Source of the DNA: Bacteroidota bacterium
Lineage (GTDB): Bacteria; Bacteroidota; Ignavibacteria; OLB7
NCBI GenBank assembly: GCA_018266795.1
Contig: JAFDZV010000004.1
Coordinates: 69,273-133,272, forward strand
Length of the DNA stretch: 64,000 nt
Direction of reading: 5' to 3'
In this document: in pieces, positions 19,131 through 28,716 of the stretch
How positions within the stretch are numbered: position 1 is the first letter of the stretch
Layout: the number at the start of each line of letters is the position of its first letter
Made by a program: the position numbers and the translations under genes
Notes under the pieces: model-generated
Database searches by the model: none
Seen by the model: the letters and a program-made list of their open reading frames with translations, nothing else
Told to the model about the DNA's origin: nothing

Positions 19131-19589
19131 ATGAAGAGACGCGAGATGGATTCTCTGGCGCATTCGCTTTGCGCCTATATCTGCTCCCGCAACAATGACA
19201 TCGCGGGTTATTGGGGCATTGGTATGCTTTGCGCAGTCTCAAAGAGAGAGCGGAGATCGAATTTCGGTTTCAAGATTTATCCAGGCGAGTTGCTTCGCAT
19301 TTACGGCTACGAGATTTCGGAGTCGAAGATCGTCACAGGCAAGTTGGTGAAGTTTGGTCTTAATTCGATTGAGGGACGGCTTTCCTTTTTTGAGGACGGC
19401 CGTTATCCGCACGGCGCGGAGAAATATACATGCGGCATTGCTATTGCGATTACCCAAGGTAGTCGCACAGGATTGAGCATGTGCCACGTTGAGTGCTGGC
19501 CACACGATTCGTTCCGTGAGCGACGTCGCGCTGCCGATTTGGCGACGAGCGTTCCACTGCTGGGAAGATTGAAGAATATTTTGAGATGA
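19131..19589 (+). CDS. hypothetical protein in a locally low-GC segment (possible passenger gene)
   Basis: Start MKRREMDSLAHS; GC drops markedly between 19130 and 19650. Flanked by direct repeats cgttgcagcttggtatgtagttacg (19090-19115) and cgttgcaggctggtatgtagttatg (19745-19770). Confidence 0.45.
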   Translation: MKRREMDSLAHSLCAYICSRNNDIAGYWGIGMLCAVSKRERRSNFGFKIYPGELLRIYGYEISESKIVTGKLVKFGLNSIEGRLSFFEDGRYPHGAEKYTCGIAIAITQGSRTGLSMCHVECWPHDSFRERRRAADLATSVPLLGRLKNILR

Positions 19590-19699
19590 CACGCGGGCCT
19601 AATGCTGCGCTGCGGCAAGCCCGGCCATCGTGCAAAGGTTGTATGAGTTGTCGCACAACGATTTCAGCATGTTCAACAAGATGTGGGTTCAATAAGTGG

Positions 19700-19790
19700 A
19701 GGGTTGTATGTTTGCAAGGTTCCGTGCAGGAGTTGTACGCGGAGCGTTGCAGGCTGGTATGTAGTTATGCCGAAATACCGTAATCCGAGT
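19700..19790 (+). repeat. dispersed repeat family B, partial copy 3
   Basis: gttgtacgcggagcgttgcaggctggtatgtagttatgcc matches the 3' part of copies 1 and 2. Confidence 0.6.
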
Positions 19791-19794
19791 GTTC

Positions 19795-21145
19795 TTTCAA
19801 TGAACCGGCACACTGTAGGTTCAAGGAGTTGGGCCTTCGCCCGATCGTGTGGGTTAGCGCGTAGATGCTGGCCTGGGATACAAGTCAAGGCCGCCGAGAT
19901 GGAACATGATCGCCGTGCGAAAGCGATCACGATTACGGAAGCCGCAGGCACGAGCCTTCACCCGCTGAATGCGACTGTTCATGCTCTCGGCTGCGGCATT
20001 GGTTCGTTTCAACACAATGGCATTGATGATGCCCCACAGATGGGTCTGAATCGTGGCTGCGACCTTCCTGATAGGCTCCAACCGTGAGCGTTGAGCCCAG
20101 CCGAGCCAACGCTTCCATTGCTTGATGGCCCAGGTCCGGCTGCTGTAGTGCCATAAACACATTGCGTGTTCTTTGATAGCCCAGGCTCGCGCAGTTTTCA
20201 ATGCGCTGTCGCGAAGACTCTCGAACGACCGCCAGTGCTTCAACTTCATGGTGTCCGGATTCTCAAGCCAACGGAATCGTGTTCCCTTCAGCCGCTGATC
20301 GCCGTTGGCGGCAAGGTGCTTGTGCTCACTCCGACGCACCTTGTCAACGGCTTCGGAGAGATACTTGGCAACGTGGAACTTGTCAAAACAAATGCGCTCG
20401 TCAGCATCCGGTATGTGCTCTCGCACTGCGTTGATATATGCCGGCCACATATCCATCGAAATACTCCGGATGGCCTCACGCTGTGACGTCCGGAGTTCTT
20501 TCAAGAAGCTCGCAAGGCTCTCGACGGTTCGATTGTCGGCAACGTGGAGGACAGTCCCCGAACTCTGATCGGTAACGACCGTGACATATTCGTGCCGTCG
20601 CTGGAAGGATGTCTCGTCGACCGAGAGATGCTCAGGGGAACTGGCCGTACGGCGCTCAAGTCCGCGTTTTACCGCTCGCTGCATGATGCCATCGACGGCC
20701 TTCCAACTGAGCCCCAGGTGGTGGGCAACCGTGGCGGTTGAAGCGGCCTTCAGCCAGTCGATGACCAGTGCCTCGAACAGTGCGGTAAAGCCGGAGCCTT
20801 CTTCCGACCATGGTGCACGAATCTGAAGGACACCATGCTCCGGACACTCGACACGCGGCATGTCGGCTTGCAGGATGGTCTGGAACTGCATCGTGTCAAG
20901 GTGGCGCCATCGGCGTTCACGGCGATCGTAGCGCGGCGACGGCTTGCCGCACCGTGGGCAGGTTACCCCAACCGTGCTGTCATGCCGCACATGGACGGTC
21001 ACAGTTTGATTGGGTGTATCCAGCTCGACCAGAGAAACGCTCCATGGAGCTACGATGCCGAGTATCCGGCTATACAGATCGGTGTCACGCATGCCGCCAA
21101 TCTACGCACGACCCACTCTATTGGCGGAAGCGCCATCGAGTTGAA
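19795..21145 (-). mobile_element. ISL3-family insertion sequence (ends not precisely defined)
   Basis: Complete transposase ORF. Terminal inverted repeats could not be defined by eye, so boundaries are approximate. Confidence 0.5.
19854..21092 (-). CDS. ISL3-family transposase
   Basis: 412 aa. N-terminal zinc-ribbon CPRCG...CPEHG, then the DDE region (VDETSF...ISMDMWPAY...NAAAESMNSRIQ) characteristic of ISL3. Confidence 0.9.
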   Translation of the reverse strand: MRDTDLYSRILGIVAPWSVSLVELDTPNQTVTVHVRHDSTVGVTCPRCGKPSPRYDRRERRWRHLDTMQFQTILQADMPRVECPEHGVLQIRAPWSEEGSGFTALFEALVIDWLKAASTATVAHHLGLSWKAVDGIMQRAVKRGLERRTASSPEHLSVDETSFQRRHEYVTVVTDQSSGTVLHVADNRTVESLASFLKELRTSQREAIRSISMDMWPAYINAVREHIPDADERICFDKFHVAKYLSEAVDKVRRSEHKHLAANGDQRLKGTRFRWLENPDTMKLKHWRSFESLRDSALKTARAWAIKEHAMCLWHYSSRTWAIKQWKRWLGWAQRSRLEPIRKVAATIQTHLWGIINAIVLKRTNAAAESMNSRIQRVKARACGFRNRDRFRTAIMFHLGGLDLYPRPASTR

Positions 21146-21817
21146 ATGGCTGACAAGCATCCTTACGTTCAGGGCCTTGGCGCACTCGTCCAGGTGATAG
21201 CTCAGTTCCGGAAGTCCTTCCCGGCCAAGGTCGATGCCAGCACACTCAAGAAGTTGGGGATCGCGCCCAACAACGAGAGTTACGTTCTCAACGTCGTACG
21301 CTTCTTGGGCTTGATCGACCAAGAGGGGAAAAAGACCACTGATGCCACGAAGATCTTCAATCTCCACGATGACACCGAATTTTCGAAGGCGTTTGCGGGG
21401 CTCGTGTCGAAGGCGTACGCCGAACTGTTCGAACTACACGGTGATGGCACTTGGGCTCTTGACAACACGGCGTTGATCAACTTCTTCCGAACACATGATG
21501 AAACAACTGCCGTTGTTGGCAAGCTTCAAGCCTCCACGTTCAAGGGCTTGGCTGCGCATGCCGGTCACGGTGAAATCCCAACAGCGAAAGCGGTTGGTCC
21601 GAAGAAGGAGAAGCAAGTCGGGAAGGCGGTCTCGAAGAAGTCCGTAGCGACAGTACCTTCGGCTGCGGCGTCTACTCCGCAACCGGGCAAGAGCGAGCAC
21701 ACGTCGGGGGGAGTTGGGCTCACCGTTCGTATCGAGATCAACCTTCCGGCGGACGGAGACCAAGAGACGTACGACCGTATCTTCAAGAGCATCCGAGAGA
21801 ATCTCCTGAATGGCTGA
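21146..21817 (+). CDS. hypothetical protein, first gene of a lower-GC two-gene cassette
   Basis: Start MADKHPYVQGLG; overlaps the next gene by 8 nt (operon). N-terminal helical segment and C-terminal Lys/Ala-rich linker. Possibly a DUF5343-type family (from memory, uncertain). Confidence 0.55.
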   Translation: MADKHPYVQGLGALVQVIAQFRKSFPAKVDASTLKKLGIAPNNESYVLNVVRFLGLIDQEGKKTTDATKIFNLHDDTEFSKAFAGLVSKAYAELFELHGDGTWALDNTALINFFRTHDETTAVVGKLQASTFKGLAAHAGHGEIPTAKAVGPKKEKQVGKAVSKKSVATVPSAAASTPQPGKSEHTSGGVGLTVRIEINLPADGDQETYDRIFKSIRENLLNG

Positions 21818-22289
21818 CCCATTCCCGCTATTCGAACAGGTCGTGCGGAAAGCGCATGTCTTCACGGCCGCGCGGTCGGTGCCGGCTGGCGGCCTTCATC
21901 CGTTCGACCAACGAGACATTCATCCCAAACTACCACCGATCGTCAAGCAGTTGTTCGACGACGGACATTTCGCGCAATCGACGTTCGAGGCGTACAAGTT
22001 CGTCGACAAGGAAGTGCAGAGGTTCGCTTGTCTGACCGAGAGTGGGTTCAAGTTGATGATGCAGGCGCTTGCTGCAGACAATCCGCTGATCCGGCTCAAT
22101 CCCTTGACGACTCCTTCTGAGAAGGACGAACAGAAGGGCTTCCAGTTTCTCTTCGCTGGGTCAGTGTTGGCGATACGCAACCCAAGGGCGCATGAGCATT
22201 CTCTAGTTGACTCGCCCGATCAATGTCTGGACCACTTGAGTCTGGCGTCGTTGTTGCTCCGGAGGCTGGATGATGCAGGATTCAAGTAG
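21810..22289 (+). CDS. hypothetical protein; resembles the TIGR02391/Ymh (Hypoth_Ymh) family by memory, unconfirmed
   Basis: 159 aa; FQFLFAGSVLAIRNPRAHE with the R-N-x-x-A-H motif; coupled to the preceding gene. Confidence 0.55.
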   Translation: MADPFPLFEQVVRKAHVFTAARSVPAGGLHPFDQRDIHPKLPPIVKQLFDDGHFAQSTFEAYKFVDKEVQRFACLTESGFKLMMQALAADNPLIRLNPLTTPSEKDEQKGFQFLFAGSVLAIRNPRAHEHSLVDSPDQCLDHLSLASLLLRRLDDAGFK

Positions 22290-22386
22290 ACTTCGGTCTA
22301 ACAACAGCAATTAGCGGACGGCGCTGCACATCGCCGTTGAGCTTGAGCCGATATCCTCATCCCTACCCTCACTTGACAACACAGCC

Positions 22387-23070
22387 ATGACTACGACACT
22401 CAAGCAAACCCTCGCACAACTCGAAGCGCTCGGCGACGAGAAGGTTCGTACGCAGAACAGAAGAAAGGGCGCCGGCGAGAATCAGTTCGGTGTCAAGCTT
22501 GGCGATATCCGGAAAGTGGCCGCGAAGATCAAGGCGGACCAGGCGCTGGCCCTTGCTCTCTGGGAAACCGGGAACCTCGATGCCCGGCTGCTGGGGATAC
22601 TTCTGATCGATCCGAAAAAGCTGTCACCGGACGAAGTGGACCGGATGGTGCGCTCCGTCGGATCGGCGAACGAGGCGGACTGGCTGGACTCCTACGTCGT
22701 CAGGAAACACCCGGAGAAGGAGGCTCTGCGCCAACGATGGATGGCTGATGATGACCCATGGGCTGCGCGCGCCGGATGGAGCCTGACCTCCGAGCGGATC
22801 GGCAGGAGTCCCGACGGGCTGGACCTGCCGGGGCTTCTGGACCGCATCGAGTCCGAGATGGGGGCGGCGGCCCCGGAAGCACAGTGGACGATGAACTACT
22901 GCCTTGCTGGGATCGGCATCCATTTCCCGAAGCATCGCAAGCGTGCCCTCGCCATCGGAGAAACGTTGGGGATCTATCGCGACTATCCGGTTGCGAAGGG
23001 ATGTACCTCACCCTTCGCTCCGATCTGGATCAACGAGATGGTGAGCCGGAAGGAAGGAGAGACCGCTTGA
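22387..23070 (+). CDS. DNA alkylation repair enzyme (AlkC/AlkD-like HEAT-repeat glycosylase family)
   Basis: LKQTLAQLEALGDEKVRTQNRR...FGVKLGDIRKVAAKI...ALALWETGNLDARLLGILLI pattern typical of the PF08713 DNA_alkylation family. Confidence 0.7.
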   Translation: MTTTLKQTLAQLEALGDEKVRTQNRRKGAGENQFGVKLGDIRKVAAKIKADQALALALWETGNLDARLLGILLIDPKKLSPDEVDRMVRSVGSANEADWLDSYVVRKHPEKEALRQRWMADDDPWAARAGWSLTSERIGRSPDGLDLPGLLDRIESEMGAAAPEAQWTMNYCLAGIGIHFPKHRKRALAIGETLGIYRDYPVAKGCTSPFAPIWINEMVSRKEGETA

Positions 23071-23456
23071 AGCGCATCTGGACGATCATCGGAGTAGCCG
23101 ACGTGCCCGGCAGCTTCAACTGGTATCAGTCGCTGCTTGGCCTGCCCCGGGCTGCTCCCGCGCACGACTACTTCGGGCAGATCGTGGACTCCGATGGAAC
23201 GGTTCTCCTCTGCCTGCACGAGTGGGGCGCCCACGAGCATCCCTCGCTGATGAGTCCCGATCGCGCGACGCCCGGCAACGGCCTGCTCCTCTTCTTTCGC
23301 GTCGATGATTTCGGCCTGGCTCTCCAAAGGGTACGCGCTCTCGGCGCGCGGCTCGAAGAGGAACCCCACGTGAATCCGAACACCGGAACGATGGAGTTCT
23401 CGCTCCGCGATCCGGACGGGTATTACGTCACGGTCAGCGCGCTCGATGCGGCGTGA
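23067..23456 (+). CDS. VOC (glyoxalase) family protein
   Basis: GGAAGGAGAG RBS then a TTG start overlapping the previous stop (TTGA). LHEWGAHEHP...GLLLFFRVDDF...FSLRDPDGYYVTV. Confidence 0.65.
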   Translation: MKRIWTIIGVADVPGSFNWYQSLLGLPRAAPAHDYFGQIVDSDGTVLLCLHEWGAHEHPSLMSPDRATPGNGLLLFFRVDDFGLALQRVRALGARLEEEPHVNPNTGTMEFSLRDPDGYYVTVSALDAA

Positions 23457-23580
23457 CGATTGGTTCAAGCCGCAATGAGCGGCTGCGAAGGCCGCCGTGT
23501 GCGGATGGCGTTGTTCAACCGTCCGCCGGAACATATCGCGTCGCGATAGGAGAGCAGCATCACACTCCCGGGAATCACCC

Positions 23581-24018
23581 ATGCCCATTGGTACGATAAT
23601 CGAAGAGAGCTTCAGCCGATCGTTCGCACTGTATCGCGATCTGATCGACTCCATCGACGAGTCCGCCCTGAGTTCCAGGCTGCCGCAGCTTCCTTCGAAT
23701 ACGCTGGGGCTGCAATTGTGGTGTGTGATTGGTGCGCGGGAAAGCTACGGCAAGGCGATCGAGGCAAACCAATGGTCCGGCTTCTCCTGCTCGCTGAAAT
23801 CACCTACGGACATATCCTCGGTTGCCGATGCCCTTCACCGTTCCGCGAACGCCCTCTCGGAGATCCTGAAGACCATCGATACCTACACCGACGTTCAATA
23901 CCGGCTTGTCATCGATCTGCTCGAACATGAAGCCGCGCATCAGGGGCAACTGCTTCGGTACCTGTTCGGCTTGAAGCTGCCGATTCCGGATAGTTGGAAG
24001 TCGAGGTTCGCCCTGTAG
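23581..24018 (+). CDS. DinB/DinB_2 superfamily (four-helix bundle, metal-binding) protein
   Basis: Start MPIGTIIEES; conserved C-terminal HEAAHQGQL motif and helical composition consistent with the DinB_2 family. Confidence 0.55.
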   Translation: MPIGTIIEESFSRSFALYRDLIDSIDESALSSRLPQLPSNTLGLQLWCVIGARESYGKAIEANQWSGFSCSLKSPTDISSVADALHRSANALSEILKTIDTYTDVQYRLVIDLLEHEAAHQGQLLRYLFGLKLPIPDSWKSRFAL

Positions 24019-24615
24019 GTGAGATGACAGGGCCGGGAGATCGTCGAGCGGCCGTGGATGTTCGGGCATCGATCGGGTCGTGAATCGGTCTGGCAGGTAC
24101 AGGCAACAGGGCGCCATTCTGAAGGAGCCCTTCGTCCCCGACGAAACTGGGGCTCAGGATGACCTCAACGGTGCCTGCATCCAGACTGAGTCACTACCAA
24201 CTATCGACAACCTCATGAATGCCGAATAACCATGCGCGCTATCATATCGAACAAGCAAACGCGGAGGCGATTCCTACCGCCGTCATCCGAAGCCGCGTGC
24301 GGTGAAGTCTGGTCCTTCATTCGCTCTGCCGGCCTTTCGCGCCCGGGACGCCACGTGGCCCTGTATCTGGACACGGGGATCGATTGAGGTTGGAGCGGAG
24401 GTAAGGAATGATCGACTGAAGCCATGCAATGCGTGCAAGGGGTGGGGTTGTCTCGTTGACTTGGAATCTATTGACTCTGGCGGTGGATAGTGTGAAGCGG
24501 CGGAGTTGTAGATTCGTAACGAAGAGACTATGGTGGCACACCGTTGAGAAAAGCAAAGCGCTTGCGGTTCGCCGTCCGGTTCGCCCGGTTTTATGAACGC
24601 GTTTCAAGGGCATTC

Positions 24616-25578
24616 ATGGCAACATCCGAGCAGATCAAGGCGCTGGTGCGTGCGCATTGGAGCGACGATCCCGAGCGGTTCCGTACCGTAGCGCTCCAGG
24701 TCGCGGCGCATGAGGCAACGCAGGGGCACGGGATTTTCGCCCATGAACTTCGCGCAATCGTCGACAATGCTCTGCGCAAAGAGCACCGCGCCGTCATAGT
24801 GCAGTATCCGCCGGAATTGCAGGGGCTGGTGCGAACGGAGGAGCCGAGCACTCCGTTGGCCGCTTTAGTGCTTCCGAACGGGTTGACCGACCGTATTCAC
24901 CGTGTTATCGAGGAGTATGTCCAGCGGGACAAGCTCCGGGCGCATGGGCTCGGGCCGCGTCGAAAACTCCTGCTTGCGGGTTTGCCCGGCACCGGCAAAA
25001 CTCTTACGGCGCGTATTCTGGCGCATGAACTGCAACTTCCTCTCAGCGTGGTCCAGCTCGATATGCTGGTCACAAAGTACATGGGCGAATCGCCTGCCCG
25101 GCTCCGGCAGATTTTCGATCTGATTGCTCACAGCCCCGCCGTTTATCTCTTCGATGAATTCGATGCAATTGGCGGTGGACGTACGCTGGGCGACGATGTC
25201 GGCGAAATGCGCCGGGTGTTGAACGCCTTTCTGCAGTTCATCGAGCAGGATAGATCCGATAGCCTGATTGTGGCTGCCACCAACAGCCCGGAGTTGTTGG
25301 ACCATGCACTTTTCCGCCGCTTCGACGATCTACTCGAGTATCCGTTGCCGGGACCGGAGGAACGTCGGCGACTTGTCTCGAACGCTCTCGGCGTGTTTCT
25401 GGACAAGCGGTTCGGTTTTGCGACGGTGATCAAGGCCAGTACGGGACTCAGCGGCGCTGAGATCGTTCTGGCCTGCTGTGATGCCATGAAGGCGGCTATC
25501 CTTTCCGACAGTTCCCACGTTGCCGCACGTGCCCTTGTGCCCTTCCTTCACGAGCGTCACGAAGTGCGTCGCCGGTAG
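24616..25578 (+). CDS. AAA+ ATPase (IetA-like)
   Basis: Walker A GLPGTGKT; Walker B VYLFDEFDAI; sensor-1 AATN; arginine-finger region ALFRRFD. Lies immediately upstream of an S8 peptidase gene. Confidence 0.8.
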   Translation: MATSEQIKALVRAHWSDDPERFRTVALQVAAHEATQGHGIFAHELRAIVDNALRKEHRAVIVQYPPELQGLVRTEEPSTPLAALVLPNGLTDRIHRVIEEYVQRDKLRAHGLGPRRKLLLAGLPGTGKTLTARILAHELQLPLSVVQLDMLVTKYMGESPARLRQIFDLIAHSPAVYLFDEFDAIGGGRTLGDDVGEMRRVLNAFLQFIEQDRSDSLIVAATNSPELLDHALFRRFDDLLEYPLPGPEERRRLVSNALGVFLDKRFGFATVIKASTGLSGAEIVLACCDAMKAAILSDSSHVAARALVPFLHERHEVRRR

Positions 25579-25661
25579 ATTGACGACGTCCACACGTAAC
25601 GTCCGGCTCGGAACATGCGCTGCGGCCATAGGTATTCAATCTCTTCGTTCAATAATGTTGA

Positions 25662-28154
25662 TTGTCTACAATGCCGACGGAATTCTTCCCGCATATTTTT
25701 CTTCCGTCCCCGCCACAGATCATGGGGTTTACCTCAGTTCTGAGTGGCGGCGGTAAGCCGAGGAACCAGAACCGGGACCGCAACGCTCACGCGGAATACC
25801 TGCGTGCCGGCCTGGATGCGGCATGGCAACAGGCCCGGACGCGGACAGCCGCGGTGCATGCGGAACGTCAGGGCTACTATCTGGAGTTCGTCATCGCTGA
25901 AGGCTGCGAGCAGGCGATCAAGAGCCTGGAATCCAGACGATCGGGCATTCGGCTTCTCAACGTTCGGCGTAGTGACGACCAATCCGGACCCTCCTTCGCC
26001 ACCGTCTATGTTCCGACGCGAAAAAGCGCGTACTTCCTTCAGAAGATCAATGCGTACCAGACCACGGACACAGAGAACGGCAGGCCGAAGAACGAGAACC
26101 TGATCCAGAGCATCGATGACATTCGCAACGCGGTTCTCCGGGCATTCTGGACCGACGATCCCGAACGGCTTCCCGCCGAGCGCCCACGTTGGGTGGAAGT
26201 GTGGCTTCGTACAGAGAACGGCGACGAATCCGCGATCGAGCGATTCAGGGGATATGCTGCCCGATTGGAACTACACGAACACGAAGGCCGGCCGGTTCTG
26301 CGATTTCCGGAACGGGCGGTAGTGCTCGTGACGGCGAATCGATCGCAACTCGAACAGTTGATGGATCATGCCGACGACCTTGCAGAATTGCGGGGCGCCT
26401 CGGAGCCTCCGACGTTCTTCACCGAGTTACAGAACAGCGGCCAGGCTGAGTGGGCTCGTAGTCTGCTGGAGCGGCTCGAGGTGCCGGAGAAGCCCGAGGT
26501 CAGCATCTGCGTGCTCGATACCGGAATCAACAGGGGGCATGCACTTCTGGAGCCGTTGATTGCGGAGACCGACATGCACACGGTCCGTGCACATTGGGGA
26601 ACGCACGACCATCACGGTCATGGGACGGGAATGGCGGGGCTGGCCGCTTTCGGCGACCTTCAACATGCCTTGACCTCGAGTGATTCTGTGCGGGTTCCGC
26701 ATTGCATCGAATCGGCGAAGATCATGCCGCCGTCACCGGAAGAGAATCCGCAGGAGCTGTGGGGAGATGTGACCGCTCAGGGAATCGCGCGCGCGGAGAT
26801 TCAGGAGCCGGACCGAAGGCGCATTGTCTGTATGGCGGTCACGTCTGAAACGACGCGCGAGCGTGGGCGCCCGAGTTCATGGTCCGGGGAGATCGATCAG
26901 CTTGCTGCCGGAGTTGACGACGGCCGGCAACGGCTGATCATCGTGAGCGCCGGCAACATCAGGGAGCCGGCTGAATGGAGCGGTTATCCGGAAAGTAATC
27001 TCACCAACGAGGTGCACGACCCGGCACAGGCGTGGAATGCGCTTACGGTCGGCGCATATACGCGTAAGGGTCATATTGAGAGCGATCCGTTGCTGGCCGG
27101 ATACAAGCCTGTGGCGGAACTGGGAGGGCTCTCACCGTTCAGCACCACGTCCTGCACGTGGCAGCATCGTCAATGGCCGATCAAGCCCGAAGTGGTGTTG
27201 GAGGGTGGCAATGTTCTGCGATCACCGTCGGGAGCAATGTTTGATGCCGAGGCTCTGAAGCTGCTCACGACCTACCATAAACCAAGCGACGCACTCTTCA
27301 CGATGTTCGACGGCACAAGCGCGGCCACCGCTCAGGCGGCATTCATGGCCGCGCGGATCGCGGCGGAGTACCCTTCGGCCTGGCCGGAGACCATTCGAGG
27401 GCTCATCGTTCATTCCGCGGACTGGACCGACACGATGCACAAGCAATACCGGGTTGAATCCGGCAAGGGTGACTACGAGACGCTCTTACGGACATGCGGC
27501 TACGGTGTACCGAACCTTGAGCGCGCGCAGTACTGTCTTCGGAATTCACTTACCCTGATCGCGCAAAACAGCCTGCAGCCGTACCATAGGAAAGGGAATG
27601 CGTTTGCCACGAATGAAATGCACCTCTTCGATTTGCCGTGGCCACGGGACGTTCTCCTGGATAATCCGGATCTCCCGGTGACGATGAGGGTGACGCTCTC
27701 CTATTTCGTGGAGCCGGGGCCGGGGGAGATCGGATGGAAAGATCGGTATCGCTATCCCTCGCACGGCCTGCGGTTCGAGTTGAACGCGCCGGGTGAGGAC
27801 GCCGATCACTTCACTCGCCGGATCAACAAGCAGGCGCGCGAGAATCCAAAGGAAGGTCCGGGCACTTCGGCTCCGACCGACCATTGGAGGCTTGGCAAGC
27901 AACGGGACGTGGGGTCGATTCACTCGGATGTGTGGAGCGGCACGGCGGCGGAACTGGCCGGCTCGAATCTGATCGCCGTGCACCCAACGATCGGATGGTG
28001 GCGCGAGCGCCATCACCTGGGCCGATTCAATAGCCGATGCCGGTATTCGCTGATTGTGTCGATAGAAGCACCAACGCAGAATATCGATATCTATACCCCG
28101 GTTGCATTACGCATTGGTATTCTGACTCCAGTTCCCATCGAGATTCGTTCTTGA
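25662..28154 (+). CDS. S8 family subtilisin-like serine peptidase (IetS-like)
   Basis: Catalytic triad motifs ICVLDTGIN (Asp), HGHGTGMAG (His), GTSAATAQAAFMAA (Ser). About 270-aa N-terminal and 180-aa C-terminal non-catalytic regions. Start may lie at an internal Met (25722). Confidence 0.85.
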   Translation: MSTMPTEFFPHIFLPSPPQIMGFTSVLSGGGKPRNQNRDRNAHAEYLRAGLDAAWQQARTRTAAVHAERQGYYLEFVIAEGCEQAIKSLESRRSGIRLLNVRRSDDQSGPSFATVYVPTRKSAYFLQKINAYQTTDTENGRPKNENLIQSIDDIRNAVLRAFWTDDPERLPAERPRWVEVWLRTENGDESAIERFRGYAARLELHEHEGRPVLRFPERAVVLVTANRSQLEQLMDHADDLAELRGASEPPTFFTELQNSGQAEWARSLLERLEVPEKPEVSICVLDTGINRGHALLEPLIAETDMHTVRAHWGTHDHHGHGTGMAGLAAFGDLQHALTSSDSVRVPHCIESAKIMPPSPEENPQELWGDVTAQGIARAEIQEPDRRRIVCMAVTSETTRERGRPSSWSGEIDQLAAGVDDGRQRLIIVSAGNIREPAEWSGYPESNLTNEVHDPAQAWNALTVGAYTRKGHIESDPLLAGYKPVAELGGLSPFSTTSCTWQHRQWPIKPEVVLEGGNVLRSPSGAMFDAEALKLLTTYHKPSDALFTMFDGTSAATAQAAFMAARIAAEYPSAWPETIRGLIVHSADWTDTMHKQYRVESGKGDYETLLRTCGYGVPNLERAQYCLRNSLTLIAQNSLQPYHRKGNAFATNEMHLFDLPWPRDVLLDNPDLPVTMRVTLSYFVEPGPGEIGWKDRYRYPSHGLRFELNAPGEDADHFTRRINKQARENPKEGPGTSAPTDHWRLGKQRDVGSIHSDVWSGTAAELAGSNLIAVHPTIGWWRERHHLGRFNSRCRYSLIVSIEAPTQNIDIYTPVALRIGILTPVPIEIRS

Positions 28155-28716
28155 CGGCTCGTTCCCATGCCTGCACTTATAGATCTGATGGCAGTTGACT
28201 GGCTCTGCGGGCGTGTCATATATCTGTTGGTAACTACATTCTTGACAGGCCCACGATTTGCTCATGGCAATTCACGACCAGAATGTCATCGTGTCGCAGA
28301 TCTCGATTCTTCGGGGGGACCGAGCACTTCGACAAGCTCAGTGTAAACTCCGCGAAGTGGAAAAGCCGAAGGTCTGCGAAGCCAATCTTACTGCATAAAG
28401 GCCGGAGTAAGCGGTTGCTTTGTGTCAGGACCACTCGCTGGCGCGCGGGGTGAATGCCGGTTGTTCATTGCCCGGGGATGCTGCATTGTGGATCTCGGCA
28501 CAGTCGGAGACACCGTCGCGGTGCGCGATCTCAGAATGATCCGCCTTGGATCTCTGTAGCCATCTTCACCAATGCAAACGGACCCAATGCAGAGCCTGCT
28601 CGTATGAAGCCGCGAACCGCGATATTGCACCACCTTCATTCCATTTGGTCCATGTCCGTAAACAACCGGCCGTCCGTTGGTGCGGGCATCCATGCCAGCG
28701 GCCGAAACATGCGCTC

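Noticed and set aside
22758-23066. Upstream 103-codon extension of the VOC gene (ORF start 22758)
   Set aside because: It overlaps the DNA alkylation repair gene in another frame. A TTG with strong GGAAGGAGAG RBS at 23067 gives a normal-length VOC protein.
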